Assembly (NCBI GenBank): GCA_964016885.1
Contig: OZ024755.1
Span: forward strand, 42,222,001-42,286,000
Origin: Eledone cirrhosa
Lineage: Eukaryota
Reading direction: 5' to 3'
DNA length: 64,000 nt
In this document: positions 26,692 through 40,660 of the stretch, one piece after another
How the letters are laid out: each line of letters opens with the position of its first letter
Numbering within the stretch: position 1 is the stretch's first letter
The notes under the pieces: generated by a model
The model's database searches: none
Seen by the model: the letters and a program-made list of their open reading frames with translations, nothing else
Told to the model about the DNA's origin: nothing
Position numbers and translations under genes: made by a program

Positions 26692-28260
26692 AGGCGCCCC
26701 ACCCACCGTCTAAGCAATTTTGTTGACATTATTTTGGAACCACTATGTATTCACATACCCAGTTTCATCCGGGATGATATCGACTTCCTGTCCCATCTTC
26801 CCCAAACCACGGAAACGAATTCACTTCTACTCAGTTTTGATGTGGTAAGCCTTTACACCAACATTACACATGATTTAGGAATAAAGGCGGTTAAATACTG
26901 GGTGGAAAAACATAGAGAAGTGATTCCCATCAGATTCACAGCGCCATTTATATTAGACGCAGTGAAACTTATTCTGGAAAACAACACTTTCTTCTTCAAT
27001 GGAAAGAATTACATCCAAATTAGAGGCACAGCGATGGGAACGAAGTTTGCTCCCGTTTACGCGAACTCTGTAATGAGATACTTAGAACAACAACTCTACC
27101 AAGAAATAGAGGAAAAATATAGTACTGACTTTAGAAAGTACATTGAAAAATCTTGGAAGAGATACCTTGACGACTGTTTCATCATCTGGACAGACTCTCT
27201 AGATACTCTGGATGAGTTCAATATCCTCCTGAATAACCTACATCCATCTCTCCAATTCACAAAAGAGATGAGTAGGACCAAATTACCATTCCTAGATATA
27301 ATTATAATCAAAAACGACACCACCATTACCACGGATATATATTATAAACACACAGACACCCAACAATATCTGAATTTTAAGTCGTGCCATCCACCTCATA
27401 CAAAACGCAACATCCCATACTGCTTAGCCAAAAGAATTTGTACCATTGTAGAAGATACGAATACCAGGTACAAACGCCTAACAGAACTAAGAGAATTTTT
27501 GCTCAAACAAAAATACCCATTTCTACTTATAGAAAATGGCATACAGCTGGCTATAAAAATACCTATACAACAACTTAGGACAACCCAAGGAAGAAGAAAC
27601 CAAGAACTGGTCATACCATTTATAATGACACACAACCCATGTCACCAGAATATCTTCAACACTGCCAAAGCAAACCTACCAAAGTAATGAATTAAAAGGC
27701 TTAATCACAGATCGATCTTTGACTCTTAGTAAAAGACAGCCAAAAAATTTGAAGCAATTACTAACAAAAGCAAAGTTTGACCTTAACAACAAAGACCAAT
27801 CATTCACTGTATCTAAATGCAATGATAGTCGATGCGGCACATGTCAATCCATACACACCGGTCAATATATGAAAACAAAAACTGGAAAAATATTCCCAAA
27901 TGCAAATATGAACTGCAAAAGCAGAAATCTAATTTACTGCATTAAATGCCCGAATTGTGAAGAACTATATGTCGGTCAAACTGGAAATGCACTATCGGAA
28001 CGTTCATGGGTACACCGTCAGCAAATCAGAGACCCAAATGTCCGTCAGATACCCCTAAGTAACCATCTAGCAACATGTGGTCAGGGAATATTTATAATAT
28101 TCCCATTCTACAAATTACACAGCCCAAGTGAAATCAAGAGAAAAATCAAAGAAAAGAATTTTATTGATAAATTCAAACCCAAGCTAAATGAACAATAATA
28201 ACGCTTAGGGGTATTACTTCTACTATGACTATGACTACGACCATGTCGACTACGACGACT

Positions 28261-28308
<48 letters not shown>

Positions 28309-28760
28309 AATAATAAAAGTGATGTTGATGGTGATGATTACTAGAAAATGCTATTTTCATCATTTCTAAAAACAGCAAAATAATTGTTGGTCGTTAGACA
28401 TGCTCAACCAGCCGTGACGCTTAAACCAATCAGCTTTAGCAATTCAGTGCAACTACACACCGATTGGTCGAAATACAGTTTGCAAGATTTAGCATTCTGG
28501 AGCCACTTTTCACTGTATATAAGGTACAAAATTTACCCATCTCATTACAGTTGAAAATTGCAAACTTGACTCTCACCACATATTATGAACCTGAAGATTG
28601 CAAAAGCATGAAAGTACTTGTTCAATTAACACTTAGAATTTAATATTCTATCATACTATTTCATTATAATATCATTATAAATTTAAAGGATTGTAATAAA
28701 ACGAGTAAATCAGACAAAGTTGGAATTCCTCTTATTAATATAATCTTCTATACACAATCA
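26648..28760 (+). mobile_element. 5'-truncated Penelope-like element (Neptune-like) with 5' inversion, frameshifted RT/EN, (CAA)n and terminal hammerhead
   Basis: ORF 26734-27687 (SFDVVSLYTNI, GTAMGT.FAP.YAN, RYLDD, PFLD). ORF 27719-28198 (C...RC..C, IYCI.C..C...YVGQT...R...H). 26648-26695 is the reverse complement of 26849-26896. Confidence 0.92.
28586..28624 (+). ncRNA. Type-I minimal hammerhead (family E), 3' end of the Neptune-like PLE
   Basis: TGAAC-CTGAAGA-TTGC-AAAA-GCAT-GAAA-GTAC-TT^GTTCA. Confidence 0.88.
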
Positions 28761-28769
28761 TACACACCC

Positions 28770-29692
28770 ATTTTGTTTCTGTGTGTGTGTTGTGTGCTCA
28801 GTCTGCGCATGCGCCACATCCGGGTGTCTGTGTGTGTTTATGTTCATTTATTTATTTGTTTATTTACATGTTACTGGTTGGTTGTTTGTTCTATGTGTGT
28901 GTGTGTTTTCATTTTGTCCTTAATTGTAAGTTGTGATGTTGCTGTTCCACTCATATTTTCTATTTAATTTTGGTTGTAATTCTTTTATGTTTATTGCCTC
29001 TGTGCTTTGTCTAAACATTGCGTCTTTTCTGTGTGTAGATTCTATTTTTATTTCTATGTTCTCTAATTTACCCTTGTGTTCTATTTTAGCATGTTGGTAG
29101 AGTACAAATGATTGTTTACTATCTTGAAGGTCTCGCCAGTGTTCATTTATCCGTTCCCCTACACTACGAGCTGTCTCACCTATGTACACTATATTTTTGT
29201 CTCTACATTGTCCTTCAGTACATCTTATGCTATACACTACATTTCTAGTTTTACAGTTAATATGGGGGCTTATTTTACAGGTTATACATTTCTTATCTAT
29301 ACATGAGGGTCTTTGAAAAGGGTATGTCTTGCTAATAAGTGTTTTTACGGAGGTACCTGGTCTTTCTACTATCTTAATATTGAGTTTATGTTTATTTAGG
29401 GCCCTTCTAAATTTGTAAGCTAATTCACCTCTAGGGGTTGTATCGATGAACATTACACTCTGGTATTTATTGCTATCATACCATGAGTTTATTCTATTAG
29501 CCTTGTTCCTAGTTCTTTCTATTATATTCCAAAATTTGCTCCTATACGAGGAGCAGGTCCCATTTATGTCATTATTTACCATTTTTTCCCATTTGGTTCT
29601 GGCTCCTCTATACACTCTGATTTTATCTCTCTGATTGTAGCCAGAGAACTGCATACGGTGGATGAAGTGTTGTATGTGTCTCTCTAGTTCTT
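28770..29692 (-). mobile_element. PLE 3' fragment (thumb end + GIY-YIG); sibling at 54526-55990
   Basis: ORF 28920-29654 with C...C..C, VVYSI.C...YIGETARS..ER..EH, P.LN..EW. Confidence 0.88.
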
Positions 29693-29744
29693 CTATATAT
29701 ATAAATATATATATATATAGATATATAAATATATATATATATAA

Positions 29745-29848
<104 letters not shown>

Positions 29849-29903
29849 GTATATATATATTTATATGTATATATATATATTTATATGTATATATATATAT
29901 ATT

Positions 29904-29954
<51 letters not shown>

Positions 29955-30191
29955 GTAGAAGGATTTAAATGGATGCAGTTCAGTAAAAGGAATTTATTGA
30001 CACGTGTTTCAATAACAGTTATATAACCTGAAAACAGCTGTTATCTGCAAAGTATGCAGACATTCAATATTTCAATGTTGAAACTACAACTGGAACCGTC
30101 GAGCAAACCCTACGTGAGCTGTCCATCTACTGTGTGTATATATTCATATTACAACACTACGTAAAATACTATATATTTATATGTATATATA

Positions 30192-30324
<133 letters not shown>

Positions 30325-30577
30325 TTATTTATATATATATATATTTATATTTAAACAATTAAGTTAAAAATGTACATCCACATATGTATACTGAAATACT
30401 AGTATGCATATGAATACACACACGTGTACATATGTAGATGTACCGAGTTTTTCACTGGACACTTTACTGTGAGTGTTCAGCTATTCTGTATGTAAACACA
30501 CAGACAAACCGGTTTTTAGAGTCATACTGGTTTTCGAGGAAACACATTTCCTCTATTCTCCAGAAAGCCAGACAGGA

Positions 30578-30620
30578 ATATTGGACTAGTTTCGATGTTG
30601 TTACATCTCATCAGCAATAT
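30578..30620 (-). ncRNA. Canonical type-I hammerhead (family F)
   Basis: ATATTG-CTGATGA-GATGT-AACA-ACATC-GAAA-CTAG-TC^CAATAT. Confidence 0.93.
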
Positions 30621-31042
30621 TTACCTATCCTCCGGCCTTTCTAGAGAATCGTAAAAGCACATATCGTTATATGCTTTTTCTATGAAAATTAGTAGTGGGC
30701 AGACTAATTTGCATAGAGCGTGAGTACGTACCGGTTCAGCGGAGACGATAAAAACAAATAACGAAACGAAATTAAATTTCGTTTCGTTTGTAACTCACTT
30801 TTGTATGACTGACGCTTAAACAATTAAGTTAAAAATGTACATCCACATATGTATACTGAAATACTAGTATGCATATGAATACACACACGTGTACATATGT
30901 AGATGTACCGAGTTTTTCACTGGACACTTTACTGTGAGTGTTCAGCTATTCTGTATGTAAACACACAGACAAACCGGTTTTTAGAGTCATACTGGTTTTC
31001 GAGGAAACACATTTCCTCTATTCTCCAGAAAGCCAGACAGGA

Positions 31043-31085
31043 ATATTGGACTAGTTTCGATGTTGTTACATCTCATCAGCAATAT
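31043..31085 (-). ncRNA. Canonical type-I hammerhead (family F)
   Basis: Identical to the 30578 copy. Confidence 0.93.
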
Positions 31086-31371
31086 TTACCTATCCTCCGG
31101 CCTTTCTAGAGAATCGTAAAAGCACATATCGTTATATGCTTTTTCTATGAAAATTAGTAGTGGGCAGACTAATTTGCATAGAGCGTGAGTACGTACCGGT
31201 TCAGCGGAGACGATAAAAACAAATAACGAAACGAAATTAAATTTCGTTTCGTTTGTAACTCACTTTTGTATGACTGACGCTTAAACAATTAAGTTAAAAA
31301 TGTACATCCACATATTCGCATATAACGATATGTGCTTTTACGATTCTCTAGAAAGGCCGGAGGATAGGTAA

Positions 31372-31414
31372 ATATTGCTGATGAGATGTAACAACATCGA
31401 AACTAGTCCAATAT
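31372..31414 (+). ncRNA. Canonical type-I hammerhead (family F)
   Basis: ATATTG-CTGATGA-GATGT-AACA-ACATC-GAAA-CTAG-TC^CAATAT. Confidence 0.93.
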
Positions 31415-31836
31415 TCCTGTCTGGCTTTCTGAAGAATAGAGGAAATGTGTTTCCTCGAACACCAGTATGACTCTAAAAACCGGTTTCTGTGTGTGTTTAC
31501 ATACAGAATAGCTGAACACTCACAGTAAAGTGTCCAGTGAAAAACTCGGTACATCTACATATGTACACGTGTGTGTATTCATATGCATAGTAGTATTTCA
31601 GTATACATATGTGGATGTATATTTTTAACTTAATTGTTTAAGCGTCAGTCATACAAAAGTGAGTTACAAACGAAACGAAATTTAATTTCGTTTCGTTACT
31701 TGTTTTTATCGTCTCCGCTGAACCGGTACGTACTCACGCTCTATGCAAATTAGTCTGCCCACTACTAATTTTCATAGAAAAAGCATATAACGATATGTGC
31801 TTTTACGATTCTCTAGAAAGGCCGGAGGATAGGTAA

Positions 31837-31879
31837 ATATTGCTGATGAGATGTAACAACATCGAAACTAGTCCAATAT
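31837..31879 (+). ncRNA. Canonical type-I hammerhead (family F)
   Basis: Identical motif. Confidence 0.93.
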
Positions 31880-32301
31880 TCCTGTCTGGCTTTCTGGAGA
31901 ATAGAGGAAATGTGTTTCCTCGAAAACCAGTATGACTCTAAAAACCGGTTTGTCTGTGTGTTTACATACAGAATAGCTGAACACTCACAGTAAAGTGTCC
32001 AGTGAAAAACTCGGTACATCTACATATGTACACGTGTGTGTATTCATATGCATACTAGTATTTCAGTATACATATGTGGATGTACATTTTTAACTTAATT
32101 GTTTAAGTGTCAGTCATACAAAAGTGAGTTACAAACGAAACGAAATTTAATTTCGTTTCGTTATTTGTTTTTATCGTCTCCGCTGAACCGGTACGTACTC
32201 ACGCTCTATGCAAATTAGTCTGCCCACTACTAATTTTCATAGAAAAAGCATATAACGATATGTGCTTTTACGATTCTCTAGAAAGGCCGGAGGATAGGTA
32301 A

Positions 32302-32344
32302 ATATTGCTGATGAGATGTAACAACATCGAAACTAGTCCAATAT
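32302..32344 (+). ncRNA. Canonical type-I hammerhead (family F)
   Basis: Identical motif. Confidence 0.93.
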
Positions 32345-32652
32345 TCCTGTCTGGCTTTCTGGAGAATAGAGGAAATGTGTTTCCTCGAAAACCAGTATGA
32401 CTCTAAAAACCGGTTTGTCTGTGTGTTTACATACAGAATAGCTGAACACTCACAGTAAAGTGTCCAGTGAAAAACTCGGTACATCTACATATGTACACGT
32501 GTGTGTATTCATATGCATACTAGTATTTCAGTATACATATGTGGATGTACATTTTTAACTTAATTGTTTAAGCGTCAGTCATACAAAAGTGAGTTACAAA
32601 CGAAACGAAATTTAATTTCGTTTCGTTATTTGTTTTTATATTTATATTTATT

Positions 32653-32789
<137 letters not shown>

Positions 32790-32925
32790 TCACTGGGGAA
32801 CTGGAGTCATATGACTCCAGTTTCCCAGTGAATTAACAACCCAGCAAGGAACTGGGCATATCAGAGTATTGACAATATCATACACCTAAACAACATATGT
32901 ACTTGTCTATACCATACTAATTCAA

Positions 32926-32980
32926 ACTGCCTGAAGAGGTCACAGCCAAAGATGGCTGTCACTGAAATATATATAGCAGT
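32926..32980 (+). ncRNA. Type-I hammerhead (family G) in a ~240-bp insert that starts with a palindrome at 32788-32834
   Basis: ACTGC-CTGAAGA-GGTCACAGCCA-AAGA-TGGCTGTCACT-GAAA-TATATA-TA^GCAGT. Confidence 0.88.
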
Positions 32981-33024
32981 AATAAACGAAGCTAAATTTT
33001 AATCATTTGACTTTTATTTAACTT

Positions 33025-33063
<39 letters not shown>

Positions 33064-33209
33064 ATAAAAACATTTGAGTGCATTAGAGTCAAACACACTC
33101 ATCGTATTAGAGAAATGACAGTACAAGAGATAGCTCAATGTTATCAAACAGAGCCGAAAAAATTATATAAATCAACAAAGAAGCCTTTAATACATTAAAA
33201 ATCTTTAAT

Positions 33210-33252
33210 CGCTGACAATGTTTCCTCCCAGTTATTAGGCCTCTTCAGAGCA
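33210..33252 (-). ncRNA. Type-I minimal hammerhead (family H)
   Basis: Minus strand: TGCT-CTGAAGA-GGCCTAATAACTGGGAG-GAAAC-ATT-GTC^AGCG; weak stem II. Confidence 0.68.
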
Positions 33253-33970
33253 AGGAAAAGATAAAAAATATCAACGGCTAGAACAAGCCAAAATTCAGAA
33301 GAATAGAGAAATAGATAAATAGAAATTTAAATGTTACATTATAAGATATAATATGCAGGTAATATAAAAACAGGATAAGGGGGCAAGATCTAGGATGTGC
33401 CACACTGAATCTCTCTTAGAACTATGATAAAGGTACAAATGCCAGTGGAATACTCAGAGACTTACACGTTATTCTATTGCTCAAACAGCTGGAACACTCA
33501 TCACTGGAACTGATGAAGGTCCAACACACACATACGTACACACACACACAGTCCTAGAATTAAAGACCAGAGACTACATGAATTAAAAAAAGATTTTGAG
33601 TAATAGTGGAAAATCTGAGGGAGGAAGGTTTGATAACGTGAAGTCTAACAGATTAGGATATGAGACAGGAGAGAGGTAAGATGAGATGATGGAAGGATGA
33701 AGGTGAAAGAGTGAGGGATGGAATGGAGGAAGAAGGCGGTATCGGCCTTCGTCTTTCACTTGGATAACATTTATGGCATGGAGAGAGGAGAATGGTATAC
33801 ATGGGCAACTGCTGATATTTGACAACTCCCTTTCCTGGGGTTGGCCTCAAACGGGAATATTCCAGATGTACAACCCGTGGTCATTTGAGACCAAAGGGAG
33901 TCTTTGCCCTATATATATACATATATACACAAATATATATATACATATATACAAATATATATATACATAC

Positions 33971-34168
33971 AACGAAGGAATTGTGGTAAGGAGCCAGATG
34001 GACCATAACGCACTAAAGTACTCAATACTTAGGGTAGTAGAGTGGGTAATAGGAACAAGTATGACCCCGGCGGCAGAGCTCAAGCCGTTTCGACGGCTAT
34101 TTCTGGACTAGTCCAGAATTAGCCGTCGAAACGGCTTGAGCTCTGCCGTCGGGGTCATACTTATTCCT
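33971..34168. repeat. Dispersed repeat with snap-back palindrome centred on GGACTAGTCC (sibling of 998-1140)
   Basis: ~34052-34109 is mirrored by 34110-34168. Confidence 0.8.
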
Positions 34169-34285
34169 ATATATATATATACATATGTATAAATATATAT
34201 ATATACACATATACATACATATAAATGTATATATACATACATATATACACATATACATACATATAAATACATACATATACATACT

Positions 34286-34683
34286 CGTTTTCGAGTACAG
34301 CCACTACTTTATATCCATGTAGGAGAACCCCTACCGATGCGCTGAACGAGTGTGACTTTTTAGTCCAGCCAGCGACTTGAAAACTCTGGTACAAACACTA
34401 CACTTATGACAATTACTGACACATATTGCTGGGCCCATTGTACCCTGTGATGACAAGTGCAGAGACATCTCCAGATATAAAGCAATGCCTGTGCCATGAA
34501 GCTTTTATAGTGAGCAAAGGCACTGCACAAAGCCAGTCCCACTCTCTTAACCAAGATGATATTTACCAAAAAGAAGAACAAGTCAACATCATTGGATACC
34601 ATCAGGGTTGCAGGTGTTATATCAGAGTTTTCCTTCTCCTAGAATTCTGCCTTCACAAAGGCTAAGGGGTCATCTCTCCCGGA
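34286..34683. repeat. ~400-bp dispersed repeat (second copy 60074-60513), possibly a decayed LINE 3' end
   Basis: High identity with the 60074 copy. Only a faint VP.DD..E.SRYK resemblance to restriction-like endonuclease LINE ends. Confidence 0.65.
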
Positions 34684-34694
34684 TTATACATACA

Positions 34695-36372
<1,678 letters not shown>

Positions 36373-36419
36373 CGTAAAAATAAGAAAATTGTAAAATTAA
36401 CTTACTTACTAAAATATCA

Positions 36420-36499
36420 CTTCCAACTAATTAGTTTCTGAAATGGAATAAATATACTTTCCGAAGAAAGCATAGAGAATCATTACGTCGTCAGGGAAA
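36420..36499 (-). ncRNA. Type-I hammerhead with extended stem II (family I)
   Basis: Minus strand: TTTCC-CTGACGA-[49 nt including ATGCTTTC-TTCG-GAAAGTAT]-GAAA-CTAATTAG-TT^GGAAG. Confidence 0.72.
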
Positions 36500-37018
36500 A
36501 CTGTTCTCAGCTAAGTATCCATGCAAGGCGTGGACTCTGGAAACTTATTCAAAAATAATTCAGTGGATTAGTTGGAAGTGATATTTTAGTAAGTAAGTTA
36601 ATTTTATAATTTTCTAATTTTACGTCTCTCATATTATTGTTCTGCAACCCCATGCATTGAACCACAAAGTTACTAAGACAAAACATATATTTGCTAGCAT
36701 TGATATGCATCTGTATGTATATATATGTTACTAGATATTAATTCTTTATAATTATCTCCAAATTATTTGTCGAGCAATATTGGCCAAATCTGCTGCTATG
36801 GTAGCAGGCAGGCCGCTGTCTTATTAGCAAACCACTTTCCACTGATTGACCTCGATGTCACGTGATTGATTCTTTTTGAATTTGCCACCGACGCAGAGGC
36901 AGTGATTTTCTCAATGGCTAGAAATTCAGTCCACGCTTTGCTATTTTCTATCCACTGAATTATTTTTGAATAAGTTTCCAGAGTCCACGCCTTGCCTGGA
37001 TACTTAGCTGAGAATAGT

Positions 37019-37098
37019 CTTCCCTGACGACGTAATGATTCTCCATGCTTTCTTCGGAAAGTATATTTATTCCATTTCAGAAACTAATTAGTTCGAAG
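37019..37098 (+). ncRNA. Hammerhead family I, stem I point mutant
   Basis: CTTCC-CTGACGA...GAAA-CTAATTAG-TT^CGAAG. Confidence 0.62.
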
Positions 37099-37268
37099 TG
37101 ATATTTTAGTAAGTAAGTTAATTTTATAATTTTGTTATTTTACGTCTCTCATATTATTGTTCTGCAACCCCATGCATTAAACCACAAGGTTACTAAGACA
37201 AAACCTATATATTTGCTAGCATTGATATGCATCTGTATGTATATATATGTTACTAGATATTAATTCTT

Positions 37269-37406
<138 letters not shown>

Positions 37407-37412
37407 AATATG

Positions 37413-37472
<60 letters not shown>

Positions 37473-37494
37473 AATATGTATATATATAAATATG

Positions 37495-37568
<74 letters not shown>

Positions 37569-37570
37569 AG

Positions 37571-37689
<119 letters not shown>

Positions 37690-37690
37690 G

Positions 37691-37779
<89 letters not shown>

Positions 37780-37780
37780 G

Positions 37781-37813
<33 letters not shown>

Positions 37814-37814
37814 G

Positions 37815-37863
<49 letters not shown>

Positions 37864-37872
37864 GTATATATG

Positions 37873-37935
<63 letters not shown>

Positions 37936-39684
37936 GTATATATATATGTATATATGTATATGTGTAAGGTGTTCGTGCATTTTTTAAATTATGGACGTAC
38001 GCTGCTAAATCCCATCCATATACTCCTCATAGTAGAGTATGCAACCTGTGCCTTGCCGAATCCCACTCTATTATATTTGCTAAATGCCCTCTACTAAATA
38101 GAAAGTCTGAAATTTTTTCCTCTTGCCCCCACCGAATATTAAGCTCTTTCTTCTACTTTAAACCTGTTAGCTAGCACGTCCTTATTCCTCCAGTTGGGCT
38201 GTCTTGTGTAACTGTCTCTGACTGAGTGTAACTGTCTCCTAATGTTGGTCGTCTATGTATACGAGTCTGTGAATGTATACGTATGCCTGTGGGAGGATAT
38301 TGATCTTGATATTGGGGTGTGCAGGGGAGTGTATGTTAATAAGCACCCCTGTTTGGTACAGTGGATGTAACCCATCCACGCTGGCCTACCCACCATTAGT
38401 GCATTGGTGAACCTATCCTGACGTATATCTTGTTGATCTGTACCTCTGTATGCGCATGAGTTGTGATGTAATGTATTTATGTAAAGCGTGTACTGTGATT
38501 TAGGCTGCACTAGTGGAAATTTAGCCTGTAACTGTGGGCGGACCCGTGCCATCCTGCCGTAAGCAGTGGATACTTGGCGCATATACGTGTTGCCCTCATA
38601 TTCTGTGGTTCAAGATCTACAGGCTGACCTCTGGGAGCTCTTACCCGGGGTCGTAGTCTTTCTAGCACGATCGGCCTTCCATATATTGACTGTCGTTTTT
38701 ATGATCCCGAAAGTAACGTTTTGGCCCCGATGGCCCTCCGTAGTTACTAACGGTCTGTGTACACTCGAATCGGTCAATGGCACGTGCAGACATGAATATC
38801 TCCGTAGGATTTCAACTTTATTTTAATACATCTCATCGTATGTATTTGTTTTGAATATATTACCTGTGGTGGTGGGTCTGGTCTAATGTGGTATTTCGGT
38901 GTTTAATATCGTATTTAATATCGTATTTAATATCGGCTTTGACCCGGGTGTCCTATGCTGTGTGTGTGTGCGTGTGTGTCCGTGTATACATTTATATGTG
39001 TATGGGTGTAGGTGGTTATATGTGTCTGTGTATATTTAAAAAAAAAATATATATATATATGTATACCGTCTCTGCATATGCATGTGGTGTGTATACGTGC
39101 ATATACGTGCTGAACATATTGATGTGTACAATCTTGTGATGTCCCAATGCGGTGACTTAATGGCTCTTGAAGCTATTTTTTTATATATCTTCTGTCTTTT
39201 TATATATATTTTGTATGCGCTACAACTGTGTCTGCTTGCTTTAACCTCACCTCGCTTGCTAATGCATGTGAATTCTTCTACCTCCTTCGATGCACCTCTC
39301 TCTGACCATTTGACTCCTGCCCGTGTGTGAACCGGTTTGTGATTACCCCACCGCTCAACTGTGTGAATGCACACCCATGACTTTCGAGTGAACTTTCGAG
39401 ACTGCCCAACCTGGGACGCCTCCATTGCCTTGCAATGGTCAAGTGATACTGGTGACTGTGACACTTAGTGCCTTCGTGGGCCCCTGATGTTTTCAAGAAA
39501 TATATTTTAAAAAATTGGTCAAGTGATACACATAACTGTGACATTTAGTGCCTTCGTGGGCCCCTGATATATTCAAGAGATATATTCTAAAAAAATATAT
39601 ATCTTATCTCAATTTACTTTATTTCATTTTATTTTATTTCATTTCATGTTATCTAATTTTATTTATTTACTTACTTGACTCCAT

Positions 39685-39720
<36 letters not shown>

Positions 39721-39788
39721 ATTTAAATTTGAATTTTAATTTTAAAATTTTAAAATTTAAATTTTAATTTTATTTATTTATTTAATTT

Positions 39789-39820
<32 letters not shown>

Positions 39821-40401
39821 TTACATTTAATTACATTTAATTATACATTTAATTATATCTTATATTATATTATTTTAATTTAGTCTATGTTATTTGATTT
39901 TAGTTTACCTTATTTTATCTTATTTTACGATTATACTATATTATGTTCTATGTATATAATTTTTAATTTTTAATTTTATATTATTTTATCTCATTCCTTA
40001 CCCTATATTTTATATTTTATATGTAAGTTTGTTATGTATTTCTTTGTATTTCTTTTTATATATATTATAAGTCTGTTTTTCACCTATTTTTTACCTATTT
40101 TTTACCTACTCTTACCTAATCCCATTATCTTATCTACTCTTGTCTGTTCTCTTATCCATGTGTCTACTCTTGTCTGTTCTCTTATCCATGTGTATGCTTG
40201 TATGTAACTATATGTTGACAGCACCCCGCCCAACTGTGACTGATAGCACCCCTTATTTTTATTTTTATTTTTATTTTTATTTTTATTTTTATTTTTACTT
40301 TTATTTTTATTTTTATTCTTATCCTCTATCGTCTATTATTACCTTTCATTCTTCAATGTCTTGGATTTGTTATTGCTTGTATGGTATGTAATTAACCTTT
40401 A

Positions 40402-40447
40402 TGCTCTGATGAGTTCCACTTATAGTGCGGATGAAACAATGTTAGCA
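40402..40447 (+). ncRNA. Type-I minimal hammerhead (family J)
   Basis: TGCT-CTGATGA-GTTCCACT-TAT-AGTGCGGAT-GAAAC-AAT-GTT^AGCA. Confidence 0.85.
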
Positions 40448-40660
40448 AGTAAAGATATGCATATGCTATAAGCGTTCTTTGTTATTTATTTATTATATTA
40501 CGGCTCTGTCCTCAGACATTGAGCTAACCTCATACTGCCTGCTGGATAAGTGGAGTGTTATACACCCCTGATCCTTTCCCTAGCATACTATACGGCTCCC
40601 ACTGGTTGAGCTTAAACTTTGATATACGCGGATTTGCGTCCTTGTATATTATCAGGCAGT

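Larger units (their letters stand above)
30351..32638. mobile_element. Retrozyme-like array: 465-bp non-coding unit, ~2.1 copies (-) joined at ~31315 to ~2.8 copies (+), one hammerhead per unit
   Basis: Exact 465-bp period (30438/30903; 31348/31813/32278), flanked by (TA)n. Confidence 0.9.

Noticed and set aside
29995-30054. Minus-strand GAAACACGTGTC with a stem II
   Set aside because: Core reads TTGCAGA and stem I is mismatched; degenerate remnant only.
30438-32484. Five copies of a 68-aa ORF
   Set aside because: By-product of the 465-bp repeat, antisense to the ribozyme; no recognisable domain.
38253-39739. Small ORFs in the PLE 3' UTR (80-142 aa, repeated three times)
   Set aside because: Overlapping on both strands, low complexity and without motifs; they recur only because of the tandem.
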